Part shown: positions 63,169-64,000 of the stretch, piece by piece
Layout: each line of letters starts with the position of its first letter
How positions within the stretch are numbered: position 1 is the first letter of the stretch
Source of the DNA: Ostrea edulis
Taxonomy: Eukaryota
Assembly (NCBI RefSeq): GCF_947568905.1
Contig: NC_079170.1
Location: 15,748,001 to 15,812,000 of the forward strand
Direction of reading: 5' to 3'
DNA length: 64,000 nucleotides
The notes under the pieces: model-generated
The model's database searches: none
What the model was told of the DNA's origin: nothing
Seen by the model: the letters and a program-made list of their open reading frames with translations, nothing else
Made by a program: the position numbers and the translations under genes

Positions 63169-64000
63169 TCTAAAATAAACGAATATTCAACTTTATCTAT
63201 ATTTGATGGTTTACGCGGTTTATAATATCGTTCAGCAGCTGTCTTTACATTGCACGCATTTCTACACATCTTCGTAATAAAATGTTATAATGATTACTTA
63301 TAATTAAGCTCAGCGTTTAACATTATATCGGATATACATACTGAAATGTACAGCTTAATTTACTGTACTGTGTACTAATCAGGGAAAGGAGTTGTCACGC
63401 GTAAAAAGGGGGGTGTGTGAAGAATTTTTACCGGTGGGGTGGGGATTGCAATCCCCAAACAAATCTACCACTGCTTTTGAATTCATTAATCAAAACTAAT
63501 TAACCAATTTCATACACAGAAAACAATATCATATTTTTCGTAATATACAGATTATTTTGCGTGGTAATCAAAACTGATTTCTTGCTTCTTAAATAACTTT
63601 ATACATTTCTGGTTACTCGTATATATTGGGGAAAAAAATACAGTTGTCAGGGGATTCAAACTACGGACCCTTCGCTTGTAGATCTAGTGCGTTAACCACT
63701 GCGCCACTGTGACTTACTTTTTTGCACGTATAAGTTATATATAACTCTTTATTAAGCTACAATTTATATATAATATGTCTGTAATATTCAACAAGATTTT
63801 TTTTGTATCATAAACATTACGTTGTAGGTAAGTATTTTGATATTATCTACGAACATACAACATTAATTTCATATTTATATTTATCTGCACGGCTTAGTTA
63901 TAGATCTAAATAGGCTCGTCTTGTAACAAGAACTTCAATCGTCTGCGAAATCCTATAGGCCTATCTTTAGGTTCACTAACTCGTTTTAAATGTTATATTT

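Larger units (their letters stand above)
59526..64000 (-). mobile_element. PHIS-superfamily (Spy-like) DNA transposon, copy 2 (runs off the window)
   Basis: Same left TIR preceded by AAA (59523-25); carries the complete transposase gene; position 64000 aligns to 37810 of copy 1. Confidence 0.9.

Overview
Eukaryotic, AT-rich genomic scaffold with three N-gaps (11281-11417, 11497-11673, 29076-29284). The repeat content and gene types point to a bivalve, most likely an ostreid oyster; this is an inference. No rRNA, functional tRNA, CRISPR array or prokaryotic system was found. Host genes: (i) a TRIM (RING-Bbox-Bbox-coiled coil-beta-propeller) gene with a single coding exon at 583-2589 (+); (ii) a 4-exon secreted chitin-binding (ChtBD2/peritrophin-type) gene at 14226-16027 (+) carrying a 1-bp frameshift; (iii) a tandem cluster of four paralogous minus-strand genes that the ORF track does not reveal as genes (A 17127-24751, A' 30368-35515, B 39684-44353, C 47604-50829). 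I assembled these by hand from splice sites with consistent intron phases. They encode small type-I membrane proteins: signal peptide, ~100-aa ectodomain with 8 conserved Cys, one TM helix, and a Ser-rich tail with YxxL/V/I motifs. The ectodomains are intact and divergent, and all frame-disrupting lesions fall in the cytoplasmic exons. Mobile DNA: a 4.67-kb spacerless foldback palindrome built from 177-bp repeats with a 9-bp TSD (6344-11009); two copies of a PHIS/Spy-type DNA transposon inserted at AAA|TTT without TSD (35690-39301, internally deleted; 59526->64000, with a 3-exon DDE transposase); a 5.4-kb TTAA-TSD Kolobok-like element (51348-56794); and Helentron/HINE, Penelope-like, LINE, SINE and MITE fragments. 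The deleted Spy copy has chimeric flanks that mark the junction of the duplication that produced receptor copies A' and B. All coordinates, translations and counts are manual readings; no database searches were run.
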